This document shows, in pieces, positions 10,592-20,607 of a stretch of 64,000 bases of DNA. The stretch is taken from NCBI GenBank assembly GCA_039026395.1, contig JBCCMK010000005.1, positions 2,428 to 66,427 on the forward strand, written 5' to 3'. Made by a program: the position numbers and the translations under genes. Origin of the DNA: Pseudomonadota bacterium. Its GTDB lineage: Bacteria; Pseudomonadota; Alphaproteobacteria; Rhizobiales; JAKSCL01. Positions within the stretch are counted from its first letter, which is position 1; every line of letters starts with the position of its first letter. The notes below the pieces were generated by a model, which saw only the letters and a list, made by a program, of their open reading frames with translations, was not told the origin of the DNA and searched no databases.

Positions 10592-12052
10592 ATGATCACA
10601 GCCGCATATTTTTACGGCTACTTGCTCACAGCCGTTGCGATCGCGATGGCGATCTGTACCGCGATTTCACTTGCGATTGACCCATGGATTGTCACCAGGG
10701 CGTTTCTCATATCGACCTGTGTAGTCGGCTTCGTCGGCGGTGGATTGATCCTCACATTTCGCGGCAATGACCGCCGCTTGGTCCGGTCTCAGGCGTATCT
10801 CCTAGCTGGCGGCGCGTGGCTCTTTACACCCATTTTTCTCTCGATCCCGATCGTTACGTCGACCGCGGAGCTTGGATGGTTTGACGCCTATGTTGACGCC
10901 GTAGCGACGTTCACGACCACGGGCGGTGTATTCCTCGATCGTTTTGATGCGCTGCCGGATACAGTCAAACTCTGGCGGGGGACGTCCGCCTGGCTTGGTG
11001 GAATGCTGACGATTGGCATTGTTATCGTCATTCTCGGACCGTCAAAGGTCGGTGGGATCATCCTTGGTCGAACCGTTGCTGCGGAGTTTCGAAGTTTCAC
11101 TCAATGGCAGCGGATCATCTCGACGGCTAGGCGGATCATACCGGTCTATTCCATCGTCACCGCAATCGTTCTCTTCGTGATCCTTCTCTCCAGCGTTGAT
11201 GCCATTGACGCTGTCGTTCTTGCATTTGGGGCGATCTCAACGTCCGGCATCGGGATGGGTGTCGACGATATCGGCATTTATGGCCTCAGAACCCTGGAAT
11301 TCGGTGTGTTTCTCGGCATGGTGTTCGGGGCGACGGGCTTTTTCTGGATGCGTCCACTCAAGCAAAATCGCTTTCGCTTCATCGCTCCTACGTTTGAGGG
11401 GCAACTCGTCGTAGCAACGGTCATCGCGCTCGGCATTGTCGCAGGTCTCATCTTTTGGCTAGGAGAGGGAGGCGCGCTTGGCCTTTCGGCGGGCGCAGCA
11501 CTGTGGGAAGGGGTCTTCACGGCAGCGTCCATTGTTACGACCTCTGGCTATGAGTTGAGACCTGGCGCGATATCCGTGCTGGGCTATGCAACCACAATGC
11601 TGATCGTCGCAATCGGCGCCGCCACGGTCTCGACGTCGGGTGGTCAAAAAGTCTTCCGGGGCCTGTCGATGGCCGTGTTTGCATTCCGTGAGCTTGAGCG
11701 GCTTGTCTATCCTCATAGCCAACAAACCGTAGCCGTTGGCCCGCAAATCATTGATCTCCAGACCATGAAAGCGATTTGGGCGGCGTTTGCCGCCTACTGC
11801 GTGGCGTACGCGGTTTTTGCGCTCGCGTTCGCGCTCGCCATGCCATCCTTCGAACCGAGCATGCTCGCAGCCGTTGGAGCGCTCTCAACCATGCTACCGC
11901 TCTACGAAAGCGCGTGGGCCGGCAGCGCCGACTGGCCACCCCTTGCCGCATTGCCGACTTTTCAAAAGGCTGCAATGGTAGTTGCCATGGTTGCAGGCCG
12001 AGTGGAAATTTTGGCACTCTTGAGCCTGTTCAACTTCCGCATTGTGCGGTGA
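10592..12052 (+). CDS. trkH: TrkH family cation transporter
   Basis: Multi-TM; pore loops FTTTG, ISTSG, VTTSG; STSGG loop; C-terminal GRVE; follows trkA. Confidence 0.85.
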   Translation: MITAAYFYGYLLTAVAIAMAICTAISLAIDPWIVTRAFLISTCVVGFVGGGLILTFRGNDRRLVRSQAYLLAGGAWLFTPIFLSIPIVTSTAELGWFDAYVDAVATFTTTGGVFLDRFDALPDTVKLWRGTSAWLGGMLTIGIVIVILGPSKVGGIILGRTVAAEFRSFTQWQRIISTARRIIPVYSIVTAIVLFVILLSSVDAIDAVVLAFGAISTSGIGMGVDDIGIYGLRTLEFGVFLGMVFGATGFFWMRPLKQNRFRFIAPTFEGQLVVATVIALGIVAGLIFWLGEGGALGLSAGAALWEGVFTAASIVTTSGYELRPGAISVLGYATTMLIVAIGAATVSTSGGQKVFRGLSMAVFAFRELERLVYPHSQQTVAVGPQIIDLQTMKAIWAAFAAYCVAYAVFALAFALAMPSFEPSMLAAVGALSTMLPLYESAWAGSADWPPLAALPTFQKAAMVVAMVAGRVEILALLSLFNFRIVR

Positions 12053-12076
12053 ACCTCCAGTCCTGAGGAACGCGTC

Positions 12077-12937
12077 ATGTCTCGAATTGCCTATGTAAAC
12101 GGCCAATATGTTCCGCACCGCGACGCCGCGGTTCACGTCGAGGATCGTGGCTATCAGTTCGCTGACGGCATTTACGAGGTGTGCGAAGTTTTGAACGGTC
12201 GCTTGGTCGATGAGCCTCTACACATGGCGCGGCTTGAGCGTTCACTCAGCGAGCTCGAAATCGCTCTTCCCATGCCGACGCCTGCGCTCAAGCACATCAT
12301 GAAGGAGACTGTTCGCCGCAACCGAGTCGATGATGGGCTTGTGTACGTTCAAGTGACCCGCGGCGCGGCGCCACGTGACCACCTTTTTCCTGATCCTTCA
12401 ACGACGAAACCCGCAGTCGTCATCACTGCAAAGTCGAGCAATCGCCAAGCCGCTGATGCAAAAGCTGAGGTAGGTGTTGGTGTCATTACTCTCCCGGATA
12501 ATCGTTGGGAACGGGTCGATATCAAGTCCGTCTCCCTGCTTCCCAACGCGATAGCCAAGCAGAAGGCCAAAGAGGCCGGCGCCTATGAGGCGTGGTTCGT
12601 CGACAAGGACGGCTTTGTCACCGAAGGATCGTCAACAAATGCATGGATCGTGGACGGGGAGGGGACCCTCATCACGCGGCCAGCTGAAAGCGGTATCCTC
12701 CGCGGCATCACTCGAACAGTGGTCATGCGACTGGCGGAAAAGCAGGGTGTAACGATCAAAGAAGAGGCGTTTTCAGTCGAGGACGCTTATCGCGCGCGCG
12801 AGGCATTTATCACAGCCGCATCGACGATTGTTATGCCCGTGGTCTCCATTGACGACGTCACGATCGGTAATGGGCACCCTGGCTCGATCGCGCGCGCACT
12901 CCGCGCGGAATTCCACACGATGGCTCATGTCGCGTAA
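12077..12937 (+). CDS. dat: D-amino acid aminotransferase (class IV PLP enzyme)
   Basis: EDRGYQFADGIYE, DIKS (PLP Lys), TEGSSTN, ILRGITR. Confidence 0.88.
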   Translation: MSRIAYVNGQYVPHRDAAVHVEDRGYQFADGIYEVCEVLNGRLVDEPLHMARLERSLSELEIALPMPTPALKHIMKETVRRNRVDDGLVYVQVTRGAAPRDHLFPDPSTTKPAVVITAKSSNRQAADAKAEVGVGVITLPDNRWERVDIKSVSLLPNAIAKQKAKEAGAYEAWFVDKDGFVTEGSSTNAWIVDGEGTLITRPAESGILRGITRTVVMRLAEKQGVTIKEEAFSVEDAYRAREAFITAASTIVMPVVSIDDVTIGNGHPGSIARALRAEFHTMAHVA

Positions 12938-13080
12938 GCATGTCACCCGATGTGTCAGATTGACACCACACTTGCGTAAATTTTACTCACTCAACCGGAA
13001 ATAATTGGTCGTAGAGTCTGCGAAATACATGCGGCTGGGCGGTACAGGCCAGGCACGAACAAAAACAAGAAGGGCCTAAC

Positions 13081-13326
13081 ATGGCTGATCGTGTTCAAAA
13101 TCTTCAAGACACGTTTCTCAACAACGTCCGAAAGAACAAAATCCCCCTCACAATCTTCCTGATCAATGGCGTTAAGCTCCAGGGAATCGTGACCTGGTTC
13201 GACAATTTCTGCGTTTTGTTGCGCCGCGATGGGCACTCTCAGCTTGTTTACAAACACGCGATCTCCACGATAATGCCTTCTGGGCCTTTGCAGCTCTTTG
13301 ATCCGAGCGACGCTGAGGCTTCTTGA
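13081..13326 (+). CDS. hfq: RNA chaperone Hfq
   Basis: [31 protein letters not shown]. Confidence 0.98.
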   Translation: MADRVQNLQDTFLNNVRKNKIPLTIFLINGVKLQGIVTWFDNFCVLLRRDGHSQLVYKHAISTIMPSGPLQLFDPSDAEAS

Positions 13327-13351
13327 GCAAACAAGAAGTACGGGAGACGGT

Positions 13352-14740
13352 TTGAGCCGACAGCTCGAACGAAGCGGGGCGAAACGTAACCCAGACCCGC
13401 CCGAGAATCTTGATACCGCCGGTCCTAAAGCGTCCGATGGCGCCCGCACGATCGTCATCGGGCCTTATGAAACGAAACCCGATGAGACGGTTACGAGGTC
13501 TGCCGCTGCACGACTTTCAGAGATCAATGGGTTGGCCGAAGCGATAGATCTCGACATCGTTTCTAGTGGTGTCATGCCGCTAAAGGCCATCCGCCCGGCG
13601 ACTTATCTCGGCAAAGGGCGGATCGAAGACCTCGCTGTGATGGTTGCTGCGGAAGACGCCGAACTCATCGTCATCGATGCGATCCTATCGCCAACACAAC
13701 AGCGGAACCTTGAGCGTGAACTGAAAGCCAAGGTGCTAGACCGGACGGCTTTGATCCTTGAAATCTTTGGTGCACGCGCTCAAACGAAGGAAGGAAGCCT
13801 GCAAGTCGAGCACGCGCATCTCACCTATCAGAAATCGCGTCTTGTGCGGAGCTGGACACACCTTGAGCGGCAGCGCGGCGGCTTTGGGTTTCTCGGCGGC
13901 CCGGGTGAAACGCAGATCGAGGCCGACCGGCGCCAAATTCAAGAACGGCTCAACCGAATCGAACGCGATCTAGAAACTGTTCGTCGGACGCGCGGTCTTC
14001 ATCGCCATCACCGTAAGCGCCGCAATACGCCTGTCGGCGTTTTGGTTGGCTATACGAACGCCGGGAAATCAACGCTTTTCAATCAAATTTCCGGGGCAGG
14101 GGTCCTGTCGCAAGATCTGTTATTTGCGACGCTTGACCCGACATCGCGCCAAATCGATCTCGGTGACAGTCGCGAGTTCATCCTGTCAGACACGGTAGGT
14201 TTCGTTTCCAGCCTTCCAACTTCGCTCATTGCTGCTTTCCGCGCGACGCTTGAGGAAGTCGTTGAGGCCGACATCATCATACACGTTCAGGATGTGAGTG
14301 CGCCCGACCACGAGGCACAACACGGTGATGTTTTAAGCGTCCTCGGCGAGTTGGGCGTTGAGATCGACGAGAACCCCAAAATTATCAACGTTCTCAACAA
14401 GATTGACCGGCTGCCTGACGACAAAAGGAGCATTCTCGTCAACCAAACGGCCCGGGCAAGAGGCTCGCTAAAGCCAGTCTTATGCTCAAGCATGACGGGT
14501 GAGGGGATAGACGAGCTATTGGCGACAATCCGCGAGCGGTTATCAGACCATGCCGTTGAAGAATGTGTCTTCGAACTTCAACCCCAAGACGGTGCAGCGA
14601 TGAACTGGCTCTATGAGGTCGGCAAGGTTCTTGACCGAGAGACTTCGGATGATGGCGTCACGCACATGCGCGTTATCCTCTCAAAGGATCGCGCAAACGC
14701 CTTTCAGAGCCGGTTTTCAGGCGTGCAACGCTCACTCTGA
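13352..14740 (+). CDS. hflX: GTPase HflX
   Basis: WTHLERQRGG, G1 GYTNAGKS, DTVG, NKID; in-frame TTG at 13352 preceded by GGAG (track start 13298 overlaps hfq). Confidence 0.95.
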   Translation: MSRQLERSGAKRNPDPPENLDTAGPKASDGARTIVIGPYETKPDETVTRSAAARLSEINGLAEAIDLDIVSSGVMPLKAIRPATYLGKGRIEDLAVMVAAEDAELIVIDAILSPTQQRNLERELKAKVLDRTALILEIFGARAQTKEGSLQVEHAHLTYQKSRLVRSWTHLERQRGGFGFLGGPGETQIEADRRQIQERLNRIERDLETVRRTRGLHRHHRKRRNTPVGVLVGYTNAGKSTLFNQISGAGVLSQDLLFATLDPTSRQIDLGDSREFILSDTVGFVSSLPTSLIAAFRATLEEVVEADIIIHVQDVSAPDHEAQHGDVLSVLGELGVEIDENPKIINVLNKIDRLPDDKRSILVNQTARARGSLKPVLCSSMTGEGIDELLATIRERLSDHAVEECVFELQPQDGAAMNWLYEVGKVLDRETSDDGVTHMRVILSKDRANAFQSRFSGVQRSL

Positions 14741-15553
14741 TTGTGTTGCAGATTTCGCGGCGACCCAACGCCTTTCGAGGGTTTCAGGGTCCATGTCCGC
14801 CAGCGACGCCCCGTCATTGTTCGCGGTTGCTTCCATAGCCTTAAACCGCGCCTCAAATTTCAGCGTTGCGCGGCGCAGGGCCGTTTCACCGTCGATATTG
14901 AGATGGCGAGCCAAATTCGCCAGCGTGAAAAGCACGTCGCCAAATTCCTCTTCGACGTCGGCTTCGGATCGCGCTTCTCGAGCATCGGCAAGCTCGCCAA
15001 GCTCCTCGTCAAGCTTGCGGAGGACGGCATCTGGTGTTTCCCAATCAAAGCCTGTCCGCGCTGCGCGCTTGCCAATCTTTTGAGCCCGAACAAGCGCGGG
15101 CAGGGCGACCGCAACACCGTTCAAAGCGCTATTCGTGGACCGGTCCGCCTGCCCCTTTTCTGCAGACTTTATCGCCTCCCACGTTTCGCGGACGTCGTCT
15201 TTAGAGCGCGCGTCGCCAGATCCAAAAATATGAGGATGCCTGCGGATCATCTTGTTGATGATTGCAAACACCACATCATCGAACGCGAATGCATTTTGTT
15301 CGGCCGCCATTTGCGCGTGAAAGACGACTTGAAGAAGCAGATCGCCAAGCTCGTCACACAACTCGGCCATAGACCCGGATTCAATCGCTTCAACGACCTC
15401 ATAAGCCTCTTCAAGTGTATAGGGCGCAATCGTCTGAAACGTTTGCTCGACATCCCACGGGCAGCCGTTTTCAGGATCCCTGAGGCGACGCATCACAGCG
15501 AGCAACTGATCGATGGGGCGCTCATCTTTGAAGGTTGGAGGCTGGCTTATCAT
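14732..15553 (-). CDS. mazG: Nucleoside triphosphate pyrophosphohydrolase MazG
   Basis: GCPWD, EEAYE, DELGDLLLQ, RRHPH, second domain EEFGDVLF. Confidence 0.95.
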   Translation of the reverse strand: MISQPPTFKDERPIDQLLAVMRRLRDPENGCPWDVEQTFQTIAPYTLEEAYEVVEAIESGSMAELCDELGDLLLQVVFHAQMAAEQNAFAFDDVVFAIINKMIRRHPHIFGSGDARSKDDVRETWEAIKSAEKGQADRSTNSALNGVAVALPALVRAQKIGKRAARTGFDWETPDAVLRKLDEELGELADAREARSEADVEEEFGDVLFTLANLARHLNIDGETALRRATLKFEARFKAMEATANNDGASLADMDPETLERRWVAAKSATQSE

Positions 15554-15563
15554 CCCAATGTCT

Positions 15564-15591
15564 TAGTCTTATAATCTATATTATGGTGCAT
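15564..15591. other. dif: dif-like XerC/XerD chromosome dimer resolution site
   Basis: TAGTCTTATAA-TCTATA-TTATGGTGCAT: 11-6-11 layout with ATAA-N6-TTAT core as in E. coli dif (GGTGCGCATAA-TGTATA-TTATGTTAAAT); KOPS and gene orientation converge here. Confidence 0.7.
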
Positions 15592-15648
15592 CTTTAACAG
15601 GCGCTTTCCGGTATGTTCCACGTTACAAAGGCTTAATTTACAGATTTT

Positions 15649-16467
15649 TCAATCGCTTACGCCGTTGAGCTCAACTGTCATCATGTCATACGCCGCCTCA
15701 ACGTGCGCAGGCGTATCGTCATTGACGGACGTATAGTCCAGATCGACGTGCATATTCGTGAGAATTGCGCGATTTGGGCTTAGTCGCTCAATCCAGCTCA
15801 ACGCGTCCGGTAGCGAAAAATGCGAAACATGCGGGGTCGGTCTCAATGCGTCGACCACCCAGACATCCAGTCCTTCGAGGTGCCGAATGCTGCCATCTGG
15901 GATGTCGCTCAGATCACTCGAATATGCGAGCCCAGCAACGCGAACGCCGAGCGAGTTTATGTTGCCGTGAACCTGATCAAAAACGGTCAAGTCAATGTCG
16001 CCGCCAGCGCCGCTCACAGTCAGCGTCTGTCCGCCCTCAATTTCATCAAGCTTCAAGATGGGCGGATAAAGACTGCCTTCCGGCGTCTCAAAGCAGTATG
16101 CGAACCGGTCGCGCAATGTTGCAGCACAGTTTGCGTCGGCATAGGTTTGAACCCGGTTTCGGCCGTTTATCGCGATCACGCGGAGATCATCAATCCCGTG
16201 CGTATGGTCGGCGTGTTCATGGGTGAAAATCACGCCATCGAGCCAGCCGACGCCAGCGTCTAGAAGCTGGTCACGGATGTCAGGCGATGTATCGATCAGA
16301 ACGTGAGTTTGGTCGCCATTTTCCGCAGTCTTGCGCACCAACGCGGAGCATCGACGCCGGCGGTTCTTTGGGTTGTTTGGGTCACAGACGCCCCAATGGC
16401 CACCAATACGCGGCACGCCCCCCGACGAGCCGCAACCTAATATGATGAACTCGAGTTTCTCAGACAT
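15649..16467 (-). CDS. Metallo-beta-lactamase-fold hydrolase (PhnP/YycJ-like)
   Basis: LGCGSSGGVP, IDTSPD, THEHADH motif; follows tatD. Confidence 0.88.
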   Translation of the reverse strand: MSEKLEFIILGCGSSGGVPRIGGHWGVCDPNNPKNRRRRCSALVRKTAENGDQTHVLIDTSPDIRDQLLDAGVGWLDGVIFTHEHADHTHGIDDLRVIAINGRNRVQTYADANCAATLRDRFAYCFETPEGSLYPPILKLDEIEGGQTLTVSGAGGDIDLTVFDQVHGNINSLGVRVAGLAYSSDLSDIPDGSIRHLEGLDVWVVDALRPTPHVSHFSLPDALSWIERLSPNRAILTNMHVDLDYTSVNDDTPAHVEAAYDMMTVELNGVSD

Positions 16468-16472
16468 CCGGT

Positions 16473-17264
16473 CTATGCGGCGATGGCCGAGGCTGACGCT
16501 TTTGAAAAAAGCGCGAAGAAATTCTCAGTCGTGGTTTCCGCCATCTTATCGACTGTTGCACCGCGAAGGTCGGCGAGCTTTGCAAGTGTATGCGCTACAT
16601 ATGCAGGTTCATTTGGCTTACCGCGCATCGGGACCGGCGCCAGGAATGGCGCGTCAGTCTCGACGAAAACGCGGTCGTTCGGAGCGGTCTTCGCAATCTC
16701 GTGCAGTTCACGGGCATTTTTGAACGTCAAAATCCCAGAAAATGACAGCGTGAAGCCCATATCAAGGCTGCGTTCGGCAAGCCGCGAACCGCTCGAAAAA
16801 CAATGCATGACCGCTTGAAACGGACCATTTTTCATTTCCGTTTCCATGATGTTGCCAACGTCATCGTCGGCGCTACGAGCATGCACGATGAGCGGCAACC
16901 CTGTCTCGCGCGCGGCTTCAATGTGCGTGATGAACCCGCGCTTTTGCGCGTCGCGACTGGCATTGTCGTAATGATAGTCGAGACCCGCCTCCCCAATCCC
17001 GATAACCTTTGGATGCTTGGCCAGCCGCACGAGTTCGTCGACGCTAATCCCGTCTTCTTCGTCGGCGTTGTGCGGATGCGTACCCACCGTGCACCAGACA
17101 TTTGAATGGCTCTCTGCAATGTGCGCTATCTTTTCGAACTGCCGGACGCGCGTGCTGATCGTGACCATGCCCCCGATATCGGCCGCCCGCGCGCGCTCAA
17201 GAACGCCGGGCAAATCTTCGACGAGACCTGGATAGTCCAAATGGCAGTGACTATCGATCAGCAT
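16473..17264 (-). CDS. tatD: TatD family deoxyribonuclease
   Basis: Start [10 protein letters not shown] (17264, TGATG overlap with metG stop); GTHPH, GEAGLD, MHCFS, ETDAPFL. Confidence 0.93.
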   Translation of the reverse strand: MLIDSHCHLDYPGLVEDLPGVLERARAADIGGMVTISTRVRQFEKIAHIAESHSNVWCTVGTHPHNADEEDGISVDELVRLAKHPKVIGIGEAGLDYHYDNASRDAQKRGFITHIEAARETGLPLIVHARSADDDVGNIMETEMKNGPFQAVMHCFSSGSRLAERSLDMGFTLSFSGILTFKNARELHEIAKTAPNDRVFVETDAPFLAPVPMRGKPNEPAYVAHTLAKLADLRGATVDKMAETTTENFFALFSKASASAIAA

Positions 17265-18811
17265 CAGGCGGCCTGCTCCGGCTCGACATAGCGGGGAAAC
17301 ACACCGGAAGGAGCGGGGAGCGCCGTACCAGGTTTCAAACCGTCGCCAAGGTTTGCAAACGCCCGTTCCTTCTCCGGAATACTCAAAAGATCGAGCAACC
17401 GCCCTGCCCCTTCCGGCACGACCGGCTGAACAAGGATCGCGACGCGTCTCAGTGTTTCCAGGGTGACATAGAGGACGGTCTGCATCCGCGCAGGGTCGGA
17501 CTTCCGAAGCACCCAGGGCTCCTGATTGGCGAAATAGCGATTTGCATCGCCAACGACCTTCCAAACATCGTTCAGCATCGTATGGATCGCTTGACTGTCA
17601 ATCGCGGTCCGAGCGTGATCCAATAGGCTCCCAGCCGCATTGAGCAATGCTTGATCCTCTCGAGTGAATGCACCGTGTTCGGGCACTGATGCGTTACAGT
17701 GTTTTGCGACCATCGAGAGCGAGCGCTGCGCCAGATTTCCAAGATCGTTCGCCAAGTCAGCATTGATCCGGTTCACGATTGCGTCGTGGCTGTAGGAACC
17801 GTCCTGGCCGTATGACACCTCGCGGCAGAAAAAATATCGAACCTGATCGCGGCCATAAGCGGCCAGAAGATCAAAAGGATCGACGACATTCCCGACCGAT
17901 TTCGACATTTTCTCTCCTTTGTTGAAGAGAAATCCGTGACCAAACACTCGCTTAGGCAGCGGAATGCCCGCTGACATGAGGAAGGCGGGCCAATACACCG
18001 CATGAAAACGGACAATGTCTTTCCCAATGATGTGTAGATCGGCTGGCCAATGCTGCCAAAGCGCGTTCGTTTCATCGGGGAAACCGATGCCTGTCAGATA
18101 GTTGGTGAGCGCGTCGACCCAGACATACATGACGTGCTTTTCGTCGCCTGGAACTTTGACGCCCCAGTCGAACGTTGTTCGCGAAATCGACAGGTCCTTT
18201 AGGCCCGAAGATACAAAGCTAACGATCTCGTTGCGTCGCTCGGCTGGCCCAATGAAGTCCGGATTGGCTTCGTAATACGCGAGCAAGCGATCCTGGTAGG
18301 CGGAGAGCTTGAAGAAATAGCTCTCCTCTTCGACCCACTGAACCGGCGTTCCTTGCGGTCCGACACGGACGTCATCATCACCAACGACCGTCTCGCTTTC
18401 CGCGTAGTAGGCTTCGTCGCGAACGGAGTACCAACCCGCATAAACATCCTTGTAGACGTCGCCATTGTCTGCCATCCGCTGCCAAATTGCGCGGGATGCC
18501 GCATGATTGCGCGGCTCAGACGTCCGAATAAAGTCGGTATTGGAGCAGTTCAAGGCTTCGGCCATGTCGCGGAAGCGGGATGAATTTCGCTCGGTGAATT
18601 CCTCGACCGGCAGCCCCTCAGCCTTTGCGGTCTGAAGGACCTTTTGACCGTGTTCATCTGTACCGGTCAGAAAGAACACGTCGTACCCGTCGAGCCGTTT
18701 GAACCGTGCCAATACATCGGTCGTCAGCGCCTCGTAGGCATGGCCGATATGCGGCTTACCATTCGGGTAGGAAATAGCGGTTGTGATGTAAAACCGTGGG
18801 CCGTCGGCCAT
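17264..18811 (-). CDS. metG: Methionyl-tRNA synthetase (short form)
   Basis: [30 protein letters not shown]. Confidence 0.97.
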   Translation of the reverse strand: MADGPRFYITTAISYPNGKPHIGHAYEALTTDVLARFKRLDGYDVFFLTGTDEHGQKVLQTAKAEGLPVEEFTERNSSRFRDMAEALNCSNTDFIRTSEPRNHAASRAIWQRMADNGDVYKDVYAGWYSVRDEAYYAESETVVGDDDVRVGPQGTPVQWVEEESYFFKLSAYQDRLLAYYEANPDFIGPAERRNEIVSFVSSGLKDLSISRTTFDWGVKVPGDEKHVMYVWVDALTNYLTGIGFPDETNALWQHWPADLHIIGKDIVRFHAVYWPAFLMSAGIPLPKRVFGHGFLFNKGEKMSKSVGNVVDPFDLLAAYGRDQVRYFFCREVSYGQDGSYSHDAIVNRINADLANDLGNLAQRSLSMVAKHCNASVPEHGAFTREDQALLNAAGSLLDHARTAIDSQAIHTMLNDVWKVVGDANRYFANQEPWVLRKSDPARMQTVLYVTLETLRRVAILVQPVVPEGAGRLLDLLSIPEKERAFANLGDGLKPGTALPAPSGVFPRYVEPEQAA

Positions 18812-18835
18812 TTCGGTCCCCTCACCTTTCGTCGT

Positions 18836-19906
18836 TCATGCAGCCTGTGACTTACTGCGAATTGTGAGGTCTTTTAACCGGCTCAACGACAAATACATCA
18901 GATATTTTCGATCAAGATTGAGCGTTCGTGTGTCTTCAACATGGGAATGAAGAGTTTGCCACGCGTCTGACCAGGCTTGCATCACGGCGATGGGCGCTGG
19001 AAGGAGTGCAGCTAAACGCATCCGTTCGGCATAGCTATCGCGGATCAAAGAAATACCACGCCAGAATATGGCGTCATCACGCTTCCTGAGCATCGCCTCA
19101 ATAGCATCATGGAGACGTGTGTCCGGCCCTTGGTCGATATCGGAGAGAAGAGACGCGAGCTTGGAAAGTGCGCCCTTTTCGTCCTGAACAAGGATTTCAA
19201 GTGCCTCACCTGCAGAACCACCAGCGACTGAGATTGCGGAATCGATTGCGCCGTCGCGTGTCTTTTCACCCGTGAGGCAACGCGCCACTACGGATCTAAC
19301 GCTATCCGCATCCAACGGCGTCATCGGCAGCCGTCGAACACGGGATTTCAGCGTCGGAAGAAGTCGTCCAGCGACATGAGACACAAGGAAGATGACGGCG
19401 CGCTGCGGTGGTTCTTCAAGGAGCTTTAGAAGCGCATTCGCCGCATTCCGGTTCATTTCCTCCGCGGCGTCAATGATGCCAACACGCCACGCCCCAAAGG
19501 CCGGCTTAGACGCGAAAAACTGACCAAGCTGGCGAATATCATCGACTGTGATTTCTGAACGGAGGCGTTTTGTTTTCGTATCAAAACGCCTTTCGATGGC
19601 TTTCAAATCTGGATGGGCGTTTTGCGTGACGAGACTTTGGGTCTTCTGGTCGATGTCGCCGAAATTCGGAGCATTATCCGAAAACCGGGAGTGCGAAAGT
19701 ATCGCCTCAGCAAAACGGTATGCGAGCGTCGCTTTGCCGATGCCTGCCACACCGGTCAAAAGCCAGCCATGATGCATGCGACCGCTTTGATAGCTTGCTT
19801 CTAACGCCGACCACGCTTCAGACTGACCAACAAGACTGGTTTGGGTGCGAGGATGCGGGAAATCGAGCCTTTGCCCGCCCGAGGGTAGGTCCTCGTCAGC
19901 GGCCAT
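18836..19906 (-). CDS. holB: DNA polymerase III subunit delta'
   Basis: GVAGIGKAT, HPD, IDAAEEMNRNAANALLKLLEEP, PTLKSR; follows tmk. Confidence 0.9.
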   Translation of the reverse strand: MAADEDLPSGGQRLDFPHPRTQTSLVGQSEAWSALEASYQSGRMHHGWLLTGVAGIGKATLAYRFAEAILSHSRFSDNAPNFGDIDQKTQSLVTQNAHPDLKAIERRFDTKTKRLRSEITVDDIRQLGQFFASKPAFGAWRVGIIDAAEEMNRNAANALLKLLEEPPQRAVIFLVSHVAGRLLPTLKSRVRRLPMTPLDADSVRSVVARCLTGEKTRDGAIDSAISVAGGSAGEALEILVQDEKGALSKLASLLSDIDQGPDTRLHDAIEAMLRKRDDAIFWRGISLIRDSYAERMRLAALLPAPIAVMQAWSDAWQTLHSHVEDTRTLNLDRKYLMYLSLSRLKDLTIRSKSQAA

Positions 19907-20576
19907 TGCGGCGGCCGCGATTTGTCTTGACCTTCTGATCCGTCTCGAAGCGGCCGGTTACAACGGCCCAAATCGCCTCTGCGACGGCGTTTTCATCTGC
20001 CGATCCATCAACGACGGTAACCCGTTCTGGGTTATCGACTGCAATCGCCAAATACGCCTTTCGAAGCGTCTCGTGCTTCGATGCATCCTGCGCATCGTAG
20101 CGGTCGTCGGATGACGCGCCTTTTGACCTTTTGCTGAGCCTCTCCAACGCGTCATTCACCGGCAAATCGATCATGATCGTGAGATCCGGTGGGCATTGAG
20201 ACAGGATTGTCTCGTTCAGATCGGCAATGAACGCGATGTCACCGCCATCGAGGAGCCCTTGGTAAGCAAGCGTCGAATCGGCGAACCGATCGCAAAGCAC
20301 CCATTGGCCCGCATCAAGGGCAGGCTTGATGACAGATTTGATGTGATCAACCCGAGCGGATGAAACGAGTATGGCTTCCGCATCCGGGCCCTGATCTTTT
20401 ATCGCGCCGGTTAACAGCATACCCCGAACTTTTTCAGCGTAGGGCGTGCCGCCAGGCTCACGTGTTGTAACCACAGAATGACCAAGGTCTTCGAGTTGCT
20501 TTGCAAGGCGGCGGATTTGGGTGGATTTTCCGCTCCCCTCCCCGCCTTCAAACGTGATGAAACGCCCGCGTGTCAT
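19896..20576 (-). CDS. tmk: Thymidylate kinase
   Basis: FITFEGGEGSGKST, TREPGG, DRF. Confidence 0.96.
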   Translation of the reverse strand: MTRGRFITFEGGEGSGKSTQIRRLAKQLEDLGHSVVTTREPGGTPYAEKVRGMLLTGAIKDQGPDAEAILVSSARVDHIKSVIKPALDAGQWVLCDRFADSTLAYQGLLDGGDIAFIADLNETILSQCPPDLTIMIDLPVNDALERLSKRSKGASSDDRYDAQDASKHETLRKAYLAIAVDNPERVTVVDGSADENAVAEAIWAVVTGRFETDQKVKTNRGRRNGR

Positions 20577-20607
20577 CCATCATCCAGCGTCGAGGACCTT
20601 TGGCTGG

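Noticed and set aside
14741..15574. 277-aa ORF on + strand right after hflX
   Set aside because: Antisense to the well-supported mazG
16473..17564. N-terminal extensions in the ORF track (tatD, ntrX, ABC ATPase, xdhB, cNMP-TrxR, SBP, hflX)
   Set aside because: Extensions overlap upstream genes or spacers; internal starts with an RBS or stop/start coupling fit family lengths better
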